This document shows, in pieces, positions 35,631 through 49,150 of a stretch of 64,000 nucleotides of DNA. How positions within the stretch are numbered: position 1 is the first letter of the stretch; the number at the start of each line of letters is the position of its first letter. A program made the translations under genes and the position numbers. Source of the DNA: Selaginella moellendorffii (lineage: Eukaryota > Plantae > Lycopodiophyta); NCBI RefSeq assembly GCF_000143415.4, contig NW_003314288.1:1736056-1800055 (forward strand), read 5' to 3'. The notes beneath the pieces were generated by a model. It worked only from the letters and a program-made list of their open reading frames with translations. It ran no database searches and was not told the origin of the DNA.

Positions 35631-38196
35631 TGGCAGCACTTCTTCTTCTTTTTGTTCTTGTTCTTCTTCTTGCGACCATCGCATCCCCGGCTCGCTACGA
35701 ATGGGATCGCGATTGGAAGGTGTTCAACAATGCGAGCTTGAGGACGATACCAGCCGGAATGGAATATGGAAGCTTTCGCCAAGTGGTGGACGGTCGCGGC
35801 CATCCAATCTCGAGCGACAACAGCACGCTGTGCCTCGCCTTCCTCGACTTGAACAGCACCGGCGGCTTCTACCTCTCGGTGATGCTGGGAGTCCACACGA
35901 ACCAGGCGGTTCCCATCTGGACCGCGAACCGGAACTCCCCAGTCTCGAGCAACGCCGCCATCCAGATCCTCAGCGGCGAGATGCGGCTCGTCGACTCGCA
36001 GAACCAGCGCGTCTGGAGTCCCTTCAAGCTCGGGATCCGCGGCATGGAGCTCACCGAAGACGGCAACTTACGGCTCTTCGACGATCAAGACGCGACGCTG
36101 TGGCAAACTTTCGACGATCCGGTCGACGTTCTCATGCCCGGCCAGAGGTTCCGGACTGGCAGCAAGCTGGTGGCGAGCTCCGACAAGTCGAGCATGGCCG
36201 AGGGCCTGTTCGTGACGAGCGTCGAGGTAAGCGGCCTAGCTCTCTACTTGAGGTCCTCGGACGCGATGGTGGCGCCGCAAGCTTATAGCATCTCGACCAT
36301 GCAGAGCACCGTCGTGAAGAGGCAGCTTAGCACGGTTCTCCACGAGTGTCCCTCGTACCACGCCGTGTTCTCGTTCTCCGGTGCCGACTATGTGCTCGAG
36401 TACGAGGCCAAGGATAACTCCACGGCCGCGTCTGGCTTGCTGCCGTGCTCGGCTCCTCGGAGAGTCCACTTCCCGTTCATCGACACCGGCTTGGAGTTGA
36501 GGTTCCTCCGCCTCGAGCACACCGGCGACCTTGTATCGTATGGCTTCGACTCGAGCTCGGGCTCGTGGAAGGCGGACTTTAGCTGGGAGTCCCTGGTGCA
36601 AGATAAAGTTTGTCCGACTCCTGTCGCCTGCGGTCGATATGGTATGTGCCAGTCTCGAGGCTCGGCTCCTTGCAAGTGCCTCTCGAGAGCCACTGGGCGG
36701 TATGAAGTAGACTCGAGCACCGCTTGTCCATCGCCACCACCTTTCGTCACTGCTGAGACGTGTTCCGCTAGATCAGAGGCCCCTTGCAGGATTTCCTGGG
36801 AGTCTCGTATTTCCCGAACAAGCTGCTCCAGCCGGATATGGTGTCGCCCCTGGACAAGTGCCTGAATATGTGCAAGGCAAACTGCTCCTGTGCCGCGGTC
36901 TTCTATAGCAAGAACTCGAGCGGCTGCTACTTCGTCAAGGACATCCTAGGAAGCTTGGACTTTGATGCCACTGCTGCGGTGCAGTACTCCGCCCATCTCA
37001 AGCTCGAGAGTGGCAGCATTGTCCTGAAGCCTGGAAACAATAATGCTCAACGAGCTGCAAAGCTTGCCGGAATTGCTGTTGCCTCTGCGATTGCAGTGTT
37101 AGTCGCCTTGGGTGCCTGTGTCCTTGGACTCCGGAAGCGAAGGAGGCTCAAGGAGGAGGAGATGACGGTGAAGTCCCTGCTCAATTCCATGCCTGGTGCC
37201 ACGCCTCACAGGTTCTCGTACAAAACTCTCAAGGTGGCGACGAGAGGTTTCACGCAGAAGCTGGGATCCGGCGGCTTTGGCTCCGTGTATGCTGGAGTGC
37301 TCGCGAACGGGACACGGTTGGCCGTGAAAGCTCTTGAGACGGGTGGCGGCCATGGTGGTCACAAGCAGTTTGTAGCCGAGGTAGTGTCGCTGGGGAGCAT
37401 CAGTCACGTGAACATCGTCCGGCTCTGCGGCTACTGCGTGCATGGCTCGTCGAGGTTGCTGGTGTACGAGCACGTAGCAAATGGTTCCTTGGATCAGTGG
37501 CTTTTCGACAGCGGCAAAAGGAGCTTGAGCTGGGAGAGCCGCTGGAAGATTGCTCTTGGAACTGCGAGAGGGCTCGCTTATCTGCACGAAGAGTGTAGAG
37601 ATCCAATCATGCATTTGGATATAAAACCGCAAAACATACTTCTGGACGAGGACTTCACGGCCAAAGTGTCCGACTTTGGGATGTCCAAGCTGCTGACGAG
37701 CAAGGACATCACACAGGTTGTGACTGGGGTGCGAGGAACTCCCGGCTACCTGGCCCCCGAGTGGCTGCTTAACTCCATAGCCACCAAGAAGTGTGACGTT
37801 TACAGCTGTGGAATGGTGCTGCTCGAGTTGATCAGTGGAAGAAGGAACATCCAGCCAGGCAAGCTTGCATCGTCCGGGAATGCTCTCGACTGGTTCTTCC
37901 CAATGTGGGCTGTGAACGAGTTCAAGGCAGGAAGGCTTTTAGATATAGTGGACGAGAAGGTACGTTGTGTGGAGATTTTACCTCTTGTAGAGACGCTGTT
38001 TAAGGTTGCGCTGTGGTGCATCCAAGATAGTCCATCGGCCAGGCCTTCCATCAGCAGAGTTTTGCAAATGCTTGACGGGACTTGCGATGTTCCAGAGCCT
38101 CCGCTGGATTTTCAGTTTTATTACCAGCAACAGCGTGCAGCTTCAGGCAACGTCTCAGTTATCGCTCCAGTTTCACTGTCAATCGAAGCTAGATAA
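35630..38196 (+). CDS. G-type lectin S-receptor-like kinase (SD2 type), with a frame change near 36750-36790
   Basis: Bulb-lectin WTANRN..V and LWQTFDDP.D.L, EGF/PAN cysteines, TM segment, and kinase motifs GSGGFG, HLDIKPQN, DFGMSK, GTPGYLAPEW, spread over two overlapping ORFs. Confidence 0.85.
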
Positions 38197-38380
38197 GTTG
38201 GAACAAATAAGAAAACAACTGCCTGCTTTGCTTACCGCAGTAAGGGCTCGAAGGCTACTAGAAAAATGTACTAGATCTTTGCTCTGGGCCTGAGAACTTA
38301 GAAACTCCACCTGTATGATCAGATCAAAAGGTTATTAACGACTCAGATAAATTCAACAGTACCTGCTTTTGCTTCCATCG

Positions 38381-40066
38381 CTACACCTCATAGTCGTGAT
38401 CACCAACGTAATTGCTTGACAGTAAACCTTTACTTAGAACTCGTTTCTCATCCCCTTGTACGTTGCATGCACCCAGTAAACTCATCCATGCTGCTTCAGT
38501 CGGCATGAAAGGCATCGACTCAAGAAGTTCTTCAGCGACTTCTATCCGGCCTGCTCGAGCAAATCCGTCAATCACACAGTGATAGTGCCGTAACATCGGC
38601 CGCACTCCATAGTCCACAATCATGGACTGGAACTGCTTGCAAGTTTGTTCGATCAATCCCCGGTGACTGCATGCCAGAAGAACACCTACGAACGTCACCT
38701 CGTCTGCCTCGACGCCTTCGGAGCTCATGAGAGACAGAAGCTCCAGAGCTTTATCAAACTGTCCGTTCTGAGCAAAGCCTCCGATGATGGCAGTCCACGA
38801 AGTCAAATCTTGCTGTGGCATGTTGACAAATATGCTCAGGGCCGTTTCGGTGTCACCCTTCAGCGCATATACTCCGATAGCACAAGTGAAAGTCACCAGG
38901 TTCCACATTGGCATTAGATGGAAGAGCGTAAGAAACTCTTTCGAGCAGCCGAGCTGAGTAAATGCCGTGACCATGGCGTTCCAGGAGAGCTGGTCTCGCC
39001 CCGGCATGCTCTGGAACATAGACACTGCTTCATCCAGGCGACCAGCGTGAGTGTAGCCTGAAACCATGATGTTCCACGAAGAAACGACCCACTGTGGCAT
39101 TCTATCGAACGTCGTTCTCGCAGCATCCACTTGATCGCTCTGTGAAACCGCTGAAACCATGACGTTCCACGACACCAAGCTCCGCTCCTCCAATCTCACG
39201 AACATCTCCTTGGCCTCCGCTAGATACGAGCTTCCAGCCAAGACCAGTGCCGTGAGCATTGCATCGTTGGAAACCACGTCCCACTCTGGCATCCTCGCGT
39301 GAGCGTCTCTGGCCAGTCCAACTTCACCGTTTCGAGCATAGCAGCCGAGCAGCAGCGTCCAGATGATCAAGTTCCTCTCGGGCATCTCGTCGAACAAACT
39401 CTTGGCCTTGGAGAGATGCCCGGCATGGGCATAGACGGTCATAGCACTGTTCCAGGCCGGAAAGCTATGCTCCGGCATCAGGATTAGAATGATCTCTGCG
39501 TGCTCGCAGTTCTCCTGTTGATCGTGAGCAGCTATCAGAGCCGCCCAAGACACCGCATTCCTGGATTTCATCCTCTCAAACAATGCCTTTGCTTCTTCCA
39601 GATGCCCTGCCTGGGCATACGCTGCGAGCATCGAGCTACACGCGACCACATCCAGCTGTGGGCACCTGCGAAAGACCTCCAGGCACGATTCAAAATCCCC
39701 AGCCTGCGCGTGAGCGTTCATCACGCTCCCCCAGGAGATGAAATCCCGCCGGGGCATCGATCCAAACAGCGATCTGGCCTCCTCCACAAGCCCGTTCTGT
39801 GCATATGCCTGGACCATGATGTTCCACGAGTGGAGATTTGCATTGCGAATCCCATCAAAGACCTCGCGCGCTCTTCCGGGTAGCCCGCAGCGGCCATACG
39901 CCTCGATCAAGTGATTGCACACAAACCTGTCGCGGCAATGCTCGGATCCAAGAATGCCGGCGTGTAGCGCCTCCAAATCTTGCGCGCAGCCGCAAGATTT
40001 CAAGCCCTGGACCAGCGCTAGTGCGGGATCGTCCTGTCCGGAGAAGCGCCGGGTGATCGATCGCAT
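38381..40066 (-). CDS. PLS-class PPR protein with truncated E domain; intronless
   Basis: PPR motifs; HYHCVIDGFARAG, MPFMPTEAAWMSLLGAC. Confidence 0.92.
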   Translation of the reverse strand: MRSITRRFSGQDDPALALVQGLKSCGCAQDLEALHAGILGSEHCRDRFVCNHLIEAYGRCGLPGRAREVFDGIRNANLHSWNIMVQAYAQNGLVEEARSLFGSMPRRDFISWGSVMNAHAQAGDFESCLEVFRRCPQLDVVACSSMLAAYAQAGHLEEAKALFERMKSRNAVSWAALIAAHDQQENCEHAEIILILMPEHSFPAWNSAMTVYAHAGHLSKAKSLFDEMPERNLIIWTLLLGCYARNGEVGLARDAHARMPEWDVVSNDAMLTALVLAGSSYLAEAKEMFVRLEERSLVSWNVMVSAVSQSDQVDAARTTFDRMPQWVVSSWNIMVSGYTHAGRLDEAVSMFQSMPGRDQLSWNAMVTAFTQLGCSKEFLTLFHLMPMWNLVTFTCAIGVYALKGDTETALSIFVNMPQQDLTSWTAIIGGFAQNGQFDKALELLSLMSSEGVEADEVTFVGVLLACSHRGLIEQTCKQFQSMIVDYGVRPMLRHYHCVIDGFARAGRIEVAEELLESMPFMPTEAAWMSLLGACNVQGDEKRVLSKGLLSSNYVGDHDYEV

Positions 40067-40315
40067 CAACAAGTCATGCCCTATCGGATAGAATGCGCCA
40101 AGAATGTCGATATCCAGTCAAGCAAAGCGGACAAGCTATAGTGCTTGCCAATCCATTGTTAGATGCGACGGCCAGGATAGACGACGAATCGTCAGGCGAT
40201 GGACGGCTCGTGTCGCACCATTTGGATTATGGAATGTTCCAGCGTCTGGTGTATATGACAACAGAGTCGCCTATGGCAAAAGAACGTTTTCTTTCGGGGG
40301 TTTGGGATTTTGGCT

Positions 40316-43300
40316 ATGGCGGGCGGCCGCTCCCTCTTGACCATCCTTGTCTTCCTGGCGATCGCGGAGCTGGGCGCGAGCAAGAGGTACAACACCACGG
40401 CCGGCATTGTCGCCGGCAAGATCAACGTCCATCTCGTCCCACACACGCACGATGATGTCGGATGGCTCAAGACTGTGGATCAGTACTACATTGGATCCAA
40501 CAATACCATCCAGGTGTGTTTTCTGCGTGAATCCAGCTCTTTCGCTGGATTTTCGGATCATCCGCGGCAAGAAATTGGGGGAATAACCTAGCGATTGACA
40601 GGAAGCTGGAGTCCAGTACATTCTCGATAGCATTCTCATGTACCTGACGAGTAATCCGGATCGAAAATTCGTGTATGTCGAGCAGGTACTTGCATTGATT
40701 CTTATCTCTCTGTTTCTTTCTTCGAGAATCCAACAGTATTTTTGCTCGAGTTTCAGGCGTTTTTCCAGAGATGGTGGAGAGAACAAACAGAAGAGGTGCA
40801 AAGTGTTGTAAAAGAGCTGATCCATTCCGGGAGGCTTGAGCTCATGTAAGTCGATCGATGGCTCTTTTACTTTCGTGTTTGTGAGAGGAATTTCACGGCG
40901 CTTCCAAATTGTAGAAACGGGGGATGGTGCATGCACGATGAAGCAGCGACGCATTACATAGATATGATTGAGCAGACGACCCTTGGACACAAGTATATCA
41001 AGGAGCAATTTGGAGTGACTCCTCGCATTGGATGGCAGATTGATCCTTTTGGTCACTCCGCCGTTCAAGCATATCTTCTAGGCGCCGAGGTACGAGATAC
41101 AGCTTTGTCATGGCTTCTGGCCTTACGTACTCTTTTGTTTTTGTCCATTCAGCTTGGTTTTGACGCATTATTTTTCGCCCGAATTGACTATCAAGATAGA
41201 CGTCAAAGATACAAGGACAAAAGCTTAGAAGTTATTTGGCAGGGCTCAAATACTTTAGGCTCGGATGCACAGGTGAGTTGCTATTTAGTAAGGCTAAAAG
41301 ATTGATTAACTCTCTCTGGAGAACAGGTATTTACAAGTATTTTTCCAGTTCATTACGGTCCACCAGATGGTCATGGTTTAGCTTACGAAGAATCAGACGA
41401 GATTCCAGTTCAAGTAAGTTGGTTTTGATTTTAAAAAAATCGCGTTATTTACGATGCTATGCCAGGACGATCCTTTGCTTTTTGATTATAACGTGAACGA
41501 GAGAGTGGACGCATTTGTAGCTGCAGCTCAATCCCAGGTTGATTGCTATTGTAAGAAAAACGATCTGCTAACTGTTTCTTGCAGGCAAATATAACACGTA
41601 CCAATCATATAATGTGGACCATGGGAAATGATTTTAAGTACGCATTAGCTGGCAAGTGGTTTGTGCAAATGGATAAGTTCATACACTACGTGAATCTTGT
41701 GGGTGCGTAATATTTTTTCTGCTAGACTGACGAGGGGACTGATGCAGGATGGTAGAGTCAACGCCCTATACTCAACCCCATCAATGTACCTTGACGCCAA
41801 ACACGCTGCGGATGAAACCTGGCCGCTGAAGACGGACGATTTTTTCCCGTAAGCTTACAACTAGGAGTAGTATTATTCATTTGAAGTTGTTGTTACAGGT
41901 ATGCTGATGATAAAAAATCTTTCTGGACTGGATATTTCACCAGTAGAGCTGCGTTCAAGGGATATGTCAGAGAAATCAGCGGATTTCTTCAGGCAAGAGC
42001 TTTGTTCGTTTTGTCTAGCTGCTGATAGGTTTACCAGGCAGCAAGACAACTTGAGTTTCTAGCTGGAAGGAAGAAAGATGTTCCTAATACTGACAGCTTG
42101 TGGGATGCATTGAGTATTTCTCAACACCATGATGGTGTTAGTGGAACTGAAAAACAGCACGTCACAAATGATTATGCGAAGCGCCTCGCCATTGGTGCAG
42201 CTGAGGTATGCTTTAAATCTTGAGGATTCTACACTTTTTTATTGACGATGACTTTGCAGTCGGACTTGGTTGTAAAGTCGGCTCTAAAGGCATTAACAAG
42301 TTCTTCTGAAGAGAATTTTGTGAAGGTAACTTTTAAGCATGATATTTTCTCCTTAGAACGCTTGTGAATTCTCCAGTGCCCGCTTCTCAACGTCAGCTTT
42401 TGCCCGTTGACAGAACACGCAAAAAAGAACTTGGTATAGACTCCAAGTTTTCATGCAGCAATGCTAACCCTTGAGTTTTGCAGGTTGTAACAGCGTACAA
42501 CCCGCTGGCATGGCAAAGAGAAGATTATGTTCGGATACCTGTATGTACATTAAAAACCTTGTTGAGGTATGCTTATGCTGAAACCTTGCAGGTTAATGAA
42601 GAAGGACTAGTTGTAAAAGATGCCTCTGGTAAAGCAGTGCCCTCTCAGCTTGTACCTGTGAGTGACGCAACGAAAAGAACCCGATCCTATTATGTACGTG
42701 CTAATCTCGGGGTGGCTCCGGGGACGCCTCCTAGTTATTGGCTTTATTTCAAAGCTGCTGTACCTCCTCTTGGTGTAAGCACATACTATGTTAGCATTGG
42801 ATCGGCAGACACTGGTAAATTTTGTGCTACTAATTCGACTCTATATAATCTACTCCTCTGAATGCAGCAACAGTGTCAAAGTTCGAAAACAGCAACGGAT
42901 CTAGCTCTATTGAAGCTGGATTTGATACTAAATTGACATTTTCTTCAAAAACTGGTTATTTGACAAGAATATCGAATGGCAAATCTGGGGTATGTAAATA
43001 ATGTCTTGTGGCGTTATCATTCATGTTGTTTTTTTTCAGGCTGAAACTCCTGTTCAACAATCTTATTACTGGTACGCTGGCTATGCTGGATCCGGACAGG
43101 TATGACACATAAATTACAATGTCTTGTCGTGATGGATTTTTCATATGTGTCAGCACTCGGGAGCGTATATTTTTCTTCCAGATGGGCAAACAGCCACACC
43201 GGTGGCAAGTGAGGTAACTTAATATCTATTGCATAATGCTGAACAAGGTTTCACGTGCCTTTCTCTTGGAAGGTGTCTTTAAAAATTGTTCGAGGGCCTC

Positions 43301-44823
43301 TAGTTGAAGAGGTTCACCAGGAAGTTGCTCCGTGGATCTACCAGGTGCTGTGAAGTTCTGCCTATATTCTTGGCTTATATGTTGTTGCTTGAGTTTTGCA
43401 GATTTTCAGATTGTACAAAGATGTCGGGCATGCAGAAGTAGAATTTGTGGTATAAACAGCTAGTTTCTGGACTGCAGATCTTAACTTTCCTTCCTTTGTT
43501 CAGGTTGGCCCAATTCCAGTTGACGATGGAATCGGCAAAGAAGTAATAACCAGATTCACCACTGGCATTCCCAGTGAGGGCGTGTTTTATAGTGATTCAA
43601 ATGGTCGTGACTTTATAAAGCGGGTAAGAAACTGAAATATATATTTTTCTCTTGCTGATGTTTCTGCAGGTAAGGGATTTCAGATCCGACTGGAAGCTAG
43701 AAGTTACACAACCAGTTGCTGGGAACTATTACCCGGTAAGGCTGCTGCTTGCTCTGCTTTGTGGTTATAAACTTCGGTAATAAGTGTAGGTGAATCTTGG
43801 AGTTTACCTGACGGACAAGAAAACCGACTTTTCGATTTTGGTTGATCGTTCTGTTGGTGCCGGAAGCATTTCAGATGGTCAACTTGAAGTCATGCTACAT
43901 AGGTGTGCCTTTCTCAAATTTCTTTTCTTACTGTATAAATTTTCTCTTTAGACGCTTGCTAGTTGATGATGGGAGAGGAGTTGGAGAGGCGCTGGACGAA
44001 GTTGTCTGTCTGCCTCAAGGAAACTCGAGCAACTGCGAAGGCTTGACTGTGAGTCTAAGTTTCTCTCTGTTCTTTGGACTAGTCGCGTTATATTATTTCT
44101 GTTTAACAGGTGCAAGGCATTTCTTATATTAACGTGAACCCGGTTGCCAAAGCTGCTCGTTGGCGCCGGTATGAAGGGCAGAAGAAGCTGTTTCCTTTAC
44201 AACTTTATTTTGGAACAACGGTACGTGATGTTGTAAGTACGTGCAGTACGCAGTCTAACTTTGTATTGCAGGATGGGGAGAACAAGATAAATGGTTTCAC
44301 GTCATTTGCGTCGGGATATGCATTACCAGAAAACGTTGGGCTTATAACACTTCAGGTGGATCAATCTCTGTTTGGGTGAGCTTCTAACTTTTTGTGCTTG
44401 ACAGGCATTGGACAATGGAGATGCTCTGTTGCGTTTGGCCCATTTGTACGAGGTACGACAATAAGTTGGCTAGCTAAAATACTAAAAAGCCGCATGCGAC
44501 AGGCTGATGAAGACGAAGATTTATCCAAGACCGCAACTGTCGACCTGAGCAAACTCTTTCCAGGCCGCAAGGTAAGCTAAACTTTCTCCACTAAGTAACA
44601 ATACTAAACGCTTTCCACGTGTGTCACGCTCCAGATCAAGTCGGCGACGGAGCTCTCACTCTCCGCGAACCAAGAAAAGTCCAACATCAAGCCTCTCAAG
44701 TGGAAGATCGCAAAGGCTGGAATCACTCGAAAGTCACCGCGGGGAGCGGCACTGGACGCGAGCAAGATGGAGGTGGAGCTTGGATGCATGGAGATTCGCA
44801 CCATCCAGATCCACTTCGAGTAA
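40316..44823 (+). CDS. Alpha-mannosidase (GH38), vacuolar type; many short introns
   Basis: [72 protein letters not shown]. Confidence 0.95.
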
Positions 44824-45408
44824 GTTTACTTGCTACTTACTATAGCGTTTTGGCGCTGGACAGGAACAAGAAAAATATTTGCTAATTCCATAGGGACAAG
44901 CTCGAAGAGAACGCTGCTGGCGCTGCCACTCTTCGTGTTGCTTAAGCTCACGCAAGCAAAGAGAAAATAATCCAGATTTCCTATGGCCAGAAGGACACAT
45001 TTAAGTAGTTCCAATGTAAAGCGACGTGTTACATTGGCTAGGCTAGGGTTCTTTAATCGAGCGCGTGGGACGGGAGCGCAGCGACAGCTCGATTTGTTCG
45101 ATCCATCCAGCGCAAGTTGAAATCGTTAGCTGTCCTGTCCTGCCCTGTTCTTGTCGCTGGAGCACGATCGAGCGATCTATTCGATCTCCGTGCTTAAAGG
45201 CGCGATGATCCAGTTCGTGAGCTCCAGATCGACGTCTACGTCGGCCGCGGCATCTACAGTGGTGAGCTCCAATTGGCAGATTCTCTTAAACAATGCCGCT
45301 GTTGCTGCTCCTTGGCGGGGAATTTACGATCACAGCAAGATTGCAAGCAAAGGGTCCACTTTTGTGAGGACGCTCGCTTGTTTGAGAGCTTGTCCCTCTC
45401 AGCCGGCT

Positions 45409-48400
45409 ATGGAGGTAGCAAGGCTTGACTCGCATTTCCTATTTGCGTTCGCTGGTTTTGATTTCGTTTCTCCAGCGCCACATCGAGGCAGATCCAGGAA
45501 TGGGGCTGCCAGCACTGGCGTGGAAGCGGAGGCTGGATACTCCTGTGATGGAGCTCAAGGAGTTTAAGCCAACTTTCAGAGAAATACTCGAGATGGTTTG
45601 TCATTGTTTTGTGGAAGTCAAGAGCTCACAGGCTTTGGTTTTGTTTGTTCGAATTTCATAGCTGCCGATGGGTGTCCGGCTGTGGAAGTTTTGCAGAAGT
45701 GAGCACGAACAAGGACGGGTAACGTTTTCTCTAGATCGATGGAAAATTCGGTTCTTAGCTTGGTTTTTTCTTTCTCTCGCAGAGAGCGCCTATCGATCCA
45801 TTCTACCCTCAAGATACGCCGGCTTCTTCGTGCCAAGGTGTTCCTCTCGGTGGAATTGGGTCTGTATAATACTGCCTTCGCTTTGGAAGAGTGAGTCGAG
45901 TCTTGTTAACTCGTGTAGAGTGATTTTGGAATTAACGCCCGTGCAGGGGAGGAAGCATTGGTAGAGGTTTCCGAGGTGATTTTTCACGATGGCAACTGCT
46001 TCCAACCGTTTGCCAGACTTCTGCTGTTCTAGCTGATCAGTTCTCGGTATGAAGTGAAGCTTTCCCTTCTTGCAGCTAACGTATGCTGAAATTCTACGCA
46101 GGTTTTTATCACCCGGCACAGTAAAGATGGCACAACGCAAAAGACCTCATCAGTGTTGTTTCCTGGTGAGCCAGTTTTTGAAAGGTACATTTTCGAAACA
46201 AAGCGTGCTTTTACGCGCTGACTTATTGGTCTTTCTTTTTCTTATATAGTGAGGAGACTGAATCCGGGATTTCTTCTTGGAACTGGAATCTAACTGGGGT
46301 AAAAAGCACTTATTACGGGTTATTCCCTCGTGCCTGGACAACTTATGATGGTAGGCGAGCATCTTTTCTTTTTCGCAATGATGAGTGTTTTAACAATTCA
46401 GGAGAACCGGATCCTCAAATGAAGATTACATGCCGCCAGGTTTCGCCATTCTTACCACACAACTACAAAGAAAGTAGTTTTCCTTCTTGTGTCTTCATCT
46501 ATGAGGTGGGCCAGTTAGAACTCATTATCAGCACTAGATGAGCGGTTCTTTCAGCTGGTAAATACAGGAGATGAAGACGCGACGGCTACGCTGCTATTTA
46601 CGTGGGCTGTAAGTCGTTTCATGTCTTTGACTTCATGTAATTCCGACGGATATACAGAACAGCATTGCTGGAGGATCGGAAACATCTGGAGGCCATGAAA
46701 ATTCTCCTTTCATGTGAGTAAGCGGTGATACGCATGTCAAAGTTTTAACTTCATGAAGCAGGGAAGAGGATGGAGTCCGTGGGGTGCTTCTTCATCACAG
46801 GTAGTAGAACAAAGGTTTCCAGGTTTCAATAAGCAAGACTTTTTATTTTTATTTCACTTTTTTCAGGAAAGAAGAGCACTCTGTGACGTTCGCTATTGCG
46901 GCAAGGGAAACGGACGATGTTTCCACATCAGTCTGTCCTTGTTTTCTAGTTGCTGGTGCCCCGGAGGGAAATTCTTATCAAACGGCGAAGGATATGTGGA
47001 GTGAGATAATAGAGGTCGGATCGCTTAGCGTTTTCGAAGAAGTCATTTCCTTGTCTTGTTTTTACAGAAAGGATGCTTTAATGCGAAGAATTCGACGATG
47101 TCCGCTTCGTTGTCGCAACCGGAAACCGTTGTGGGAGCTGCTGTTGCCGCAAGTGTTGTTGTTCCAGCACACGGAACAAAATCCATCACCTTTGGACTGG
47201 CATGGGATTCACCTAAAGCTACCTTCTTGGGTGGTAGCTCCTACTACAGGTAAGGAGATAATCTTCTTTATATTAGCTTCTCGAGCGGAATTTGCAGGAG
47301 GTACACGAAGTTTTATGGGAAGTCTGGCAACGCTGCATCGAAGCTTGTTCACGACGCCATTTTGAGTGAGCGAGGACATTTCTCCGCATTTTACCTGATT
47401 TCGCTGTTGTCTATAGATTACAAGCGCTGGGAATCTGAGATTCATGCTTGGCAAGAACCGATCCTAAACGACCACAGCCTTCCAGAATGGTGAGCATAAT
47501 AACTTACTTGCTGCTAAGTTTCTGATGAGGCTGTAGGTACCGCTACACTCTATTTAACGAGCTTTACTACTTGGTGGCTGGAGGAACGATATGGACAGGT
47601 ATGAACATGAAACGCATTTACACGACCTTGCTATGTGATTTAAGTTTTTCAGATAGTTGCCGTCAGGCGTGTTTAGCTCAGAAGCTTAACCCGGTAAAAT
47701 CCAATGGAGTCTCGGAAGCATTGCTAGACGCTATCAACGCAAATTCGGAGGCTCAGTCATTTTGGTCCTTTGATATACCGGCGGTCGAAGATAACGTGGG
47801 ACAGTTTCTCTACTTGGAAGGAGTGGAATATCATTTCTGGAACACGTACGACGTGCATTTCTACGCCTCGTATGCACTGCTGGCCTTGTTTCCACGGCTT
47901 GAACTTCAACTCCAGCGAGACTTTGCGGCTGCCACCCTTTCGCATGACCCAGAAAAGATGTTTTATCTGGCATATGGCAACACCGGCATCAGAGCTGTTT
48001 TCGGTTCGGTTCCACACGACCTCGGTACGCATGATCCGTGGAACACACTTAACAGCTACAACTTGTACGACACTAGCAAGTGGAAGGATCTGAATTGCAA
48101 GTTCGTGGTTCAGGTAAACAGAGACGCAGCTGCTACAGGGGATCTGGATTTCGCGAGAGCTGTCTGGCCAGCGGCATATGCAGCCATGGCTTTCACAGAC
48201 CAGTTTGATAGAGATGGCGATGGTATGATTGAGAACGACGGTGTTCCGGACCAGACTTACGACCTCTGGACTGTCGACGGTGTGAGCTCGTATTGTGGAG
48301 GACTGTGGGTGGCAGCACTCCAGGCAGCTTCGGCATTGGCTGATCTAGTCGGGGACAAGCCTTCGTCTAGAATGTTTCACGACAAGTTCCTACGAGCAAA

Positions 48401-49150
48401 GGCTGTCTACGAGAAGTCACTGTGGAACGGCTCTTACTTCCACTACGACAAGAACAGCACCTCGGTCCAGTCGGATCAACTCGCAGGGCAGTGGTATTCT
48501 CTGGCTTCTGGACTTCCTGGAATCGTCCGCGAAGATCAAGCTACCAGCGCGCTTGGGACGGTTTTCGCCACAAACGTCATGCGGTACAAGGGAGGAAACG
48601 AAGGCGCTGTCAATGGAATGCTACCGAGTGGCGGTGAAGATAGGACTTCGCTCCAGTCTCGGGAAGTTTGGGTAGGCACCACTTATGCTGTGGCAGCGGC
48701 TATGATTCAGCAAGGCATGCGAGAAGAAGGATTCCGGACTGCCAAAGGAGTGTTTTTGAATGGATGGTCCGACCAGGGACACGGGTACGTATCTCTCGTT
48801 TCTCTTTCGAGTTTGCCAGCGATTAACGCAGTGTTTCGATGTTTAGATATGCTTTCCAGACTCCAGAAGCCTGGGACAACGATGGAAAGTATCGCTCACT
48901 GGCATACATGCGACCGCTTTCGATCTGGGCGATGCAATGGGCTCTCGATCCTCCAGAGCAGCTCAAGCAGCGAAGTTGTAACGTCGAAGTTGGCGATATC
49001 ACAGCGCAGGAAGTGGAGGCTTGCAACAAAAGCTTTGCGAAGCTGGCTTCGCAGCTGAAGGAGCTATCGCCGCCGGAGACGAAGGCTTACTCGTCGGTGT
49101 GGATCTGGATGTTCGACTATATCCGCAGCCGCGTCTATCCCAGGGGATGA
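45409..49150 (+). CDS. GBA2: Non-lysosomal glucosylceramidase (GH116); spliced
   Basis: GVPLGGIG|[73 protein letters not shown]. Confidence 0.94.
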
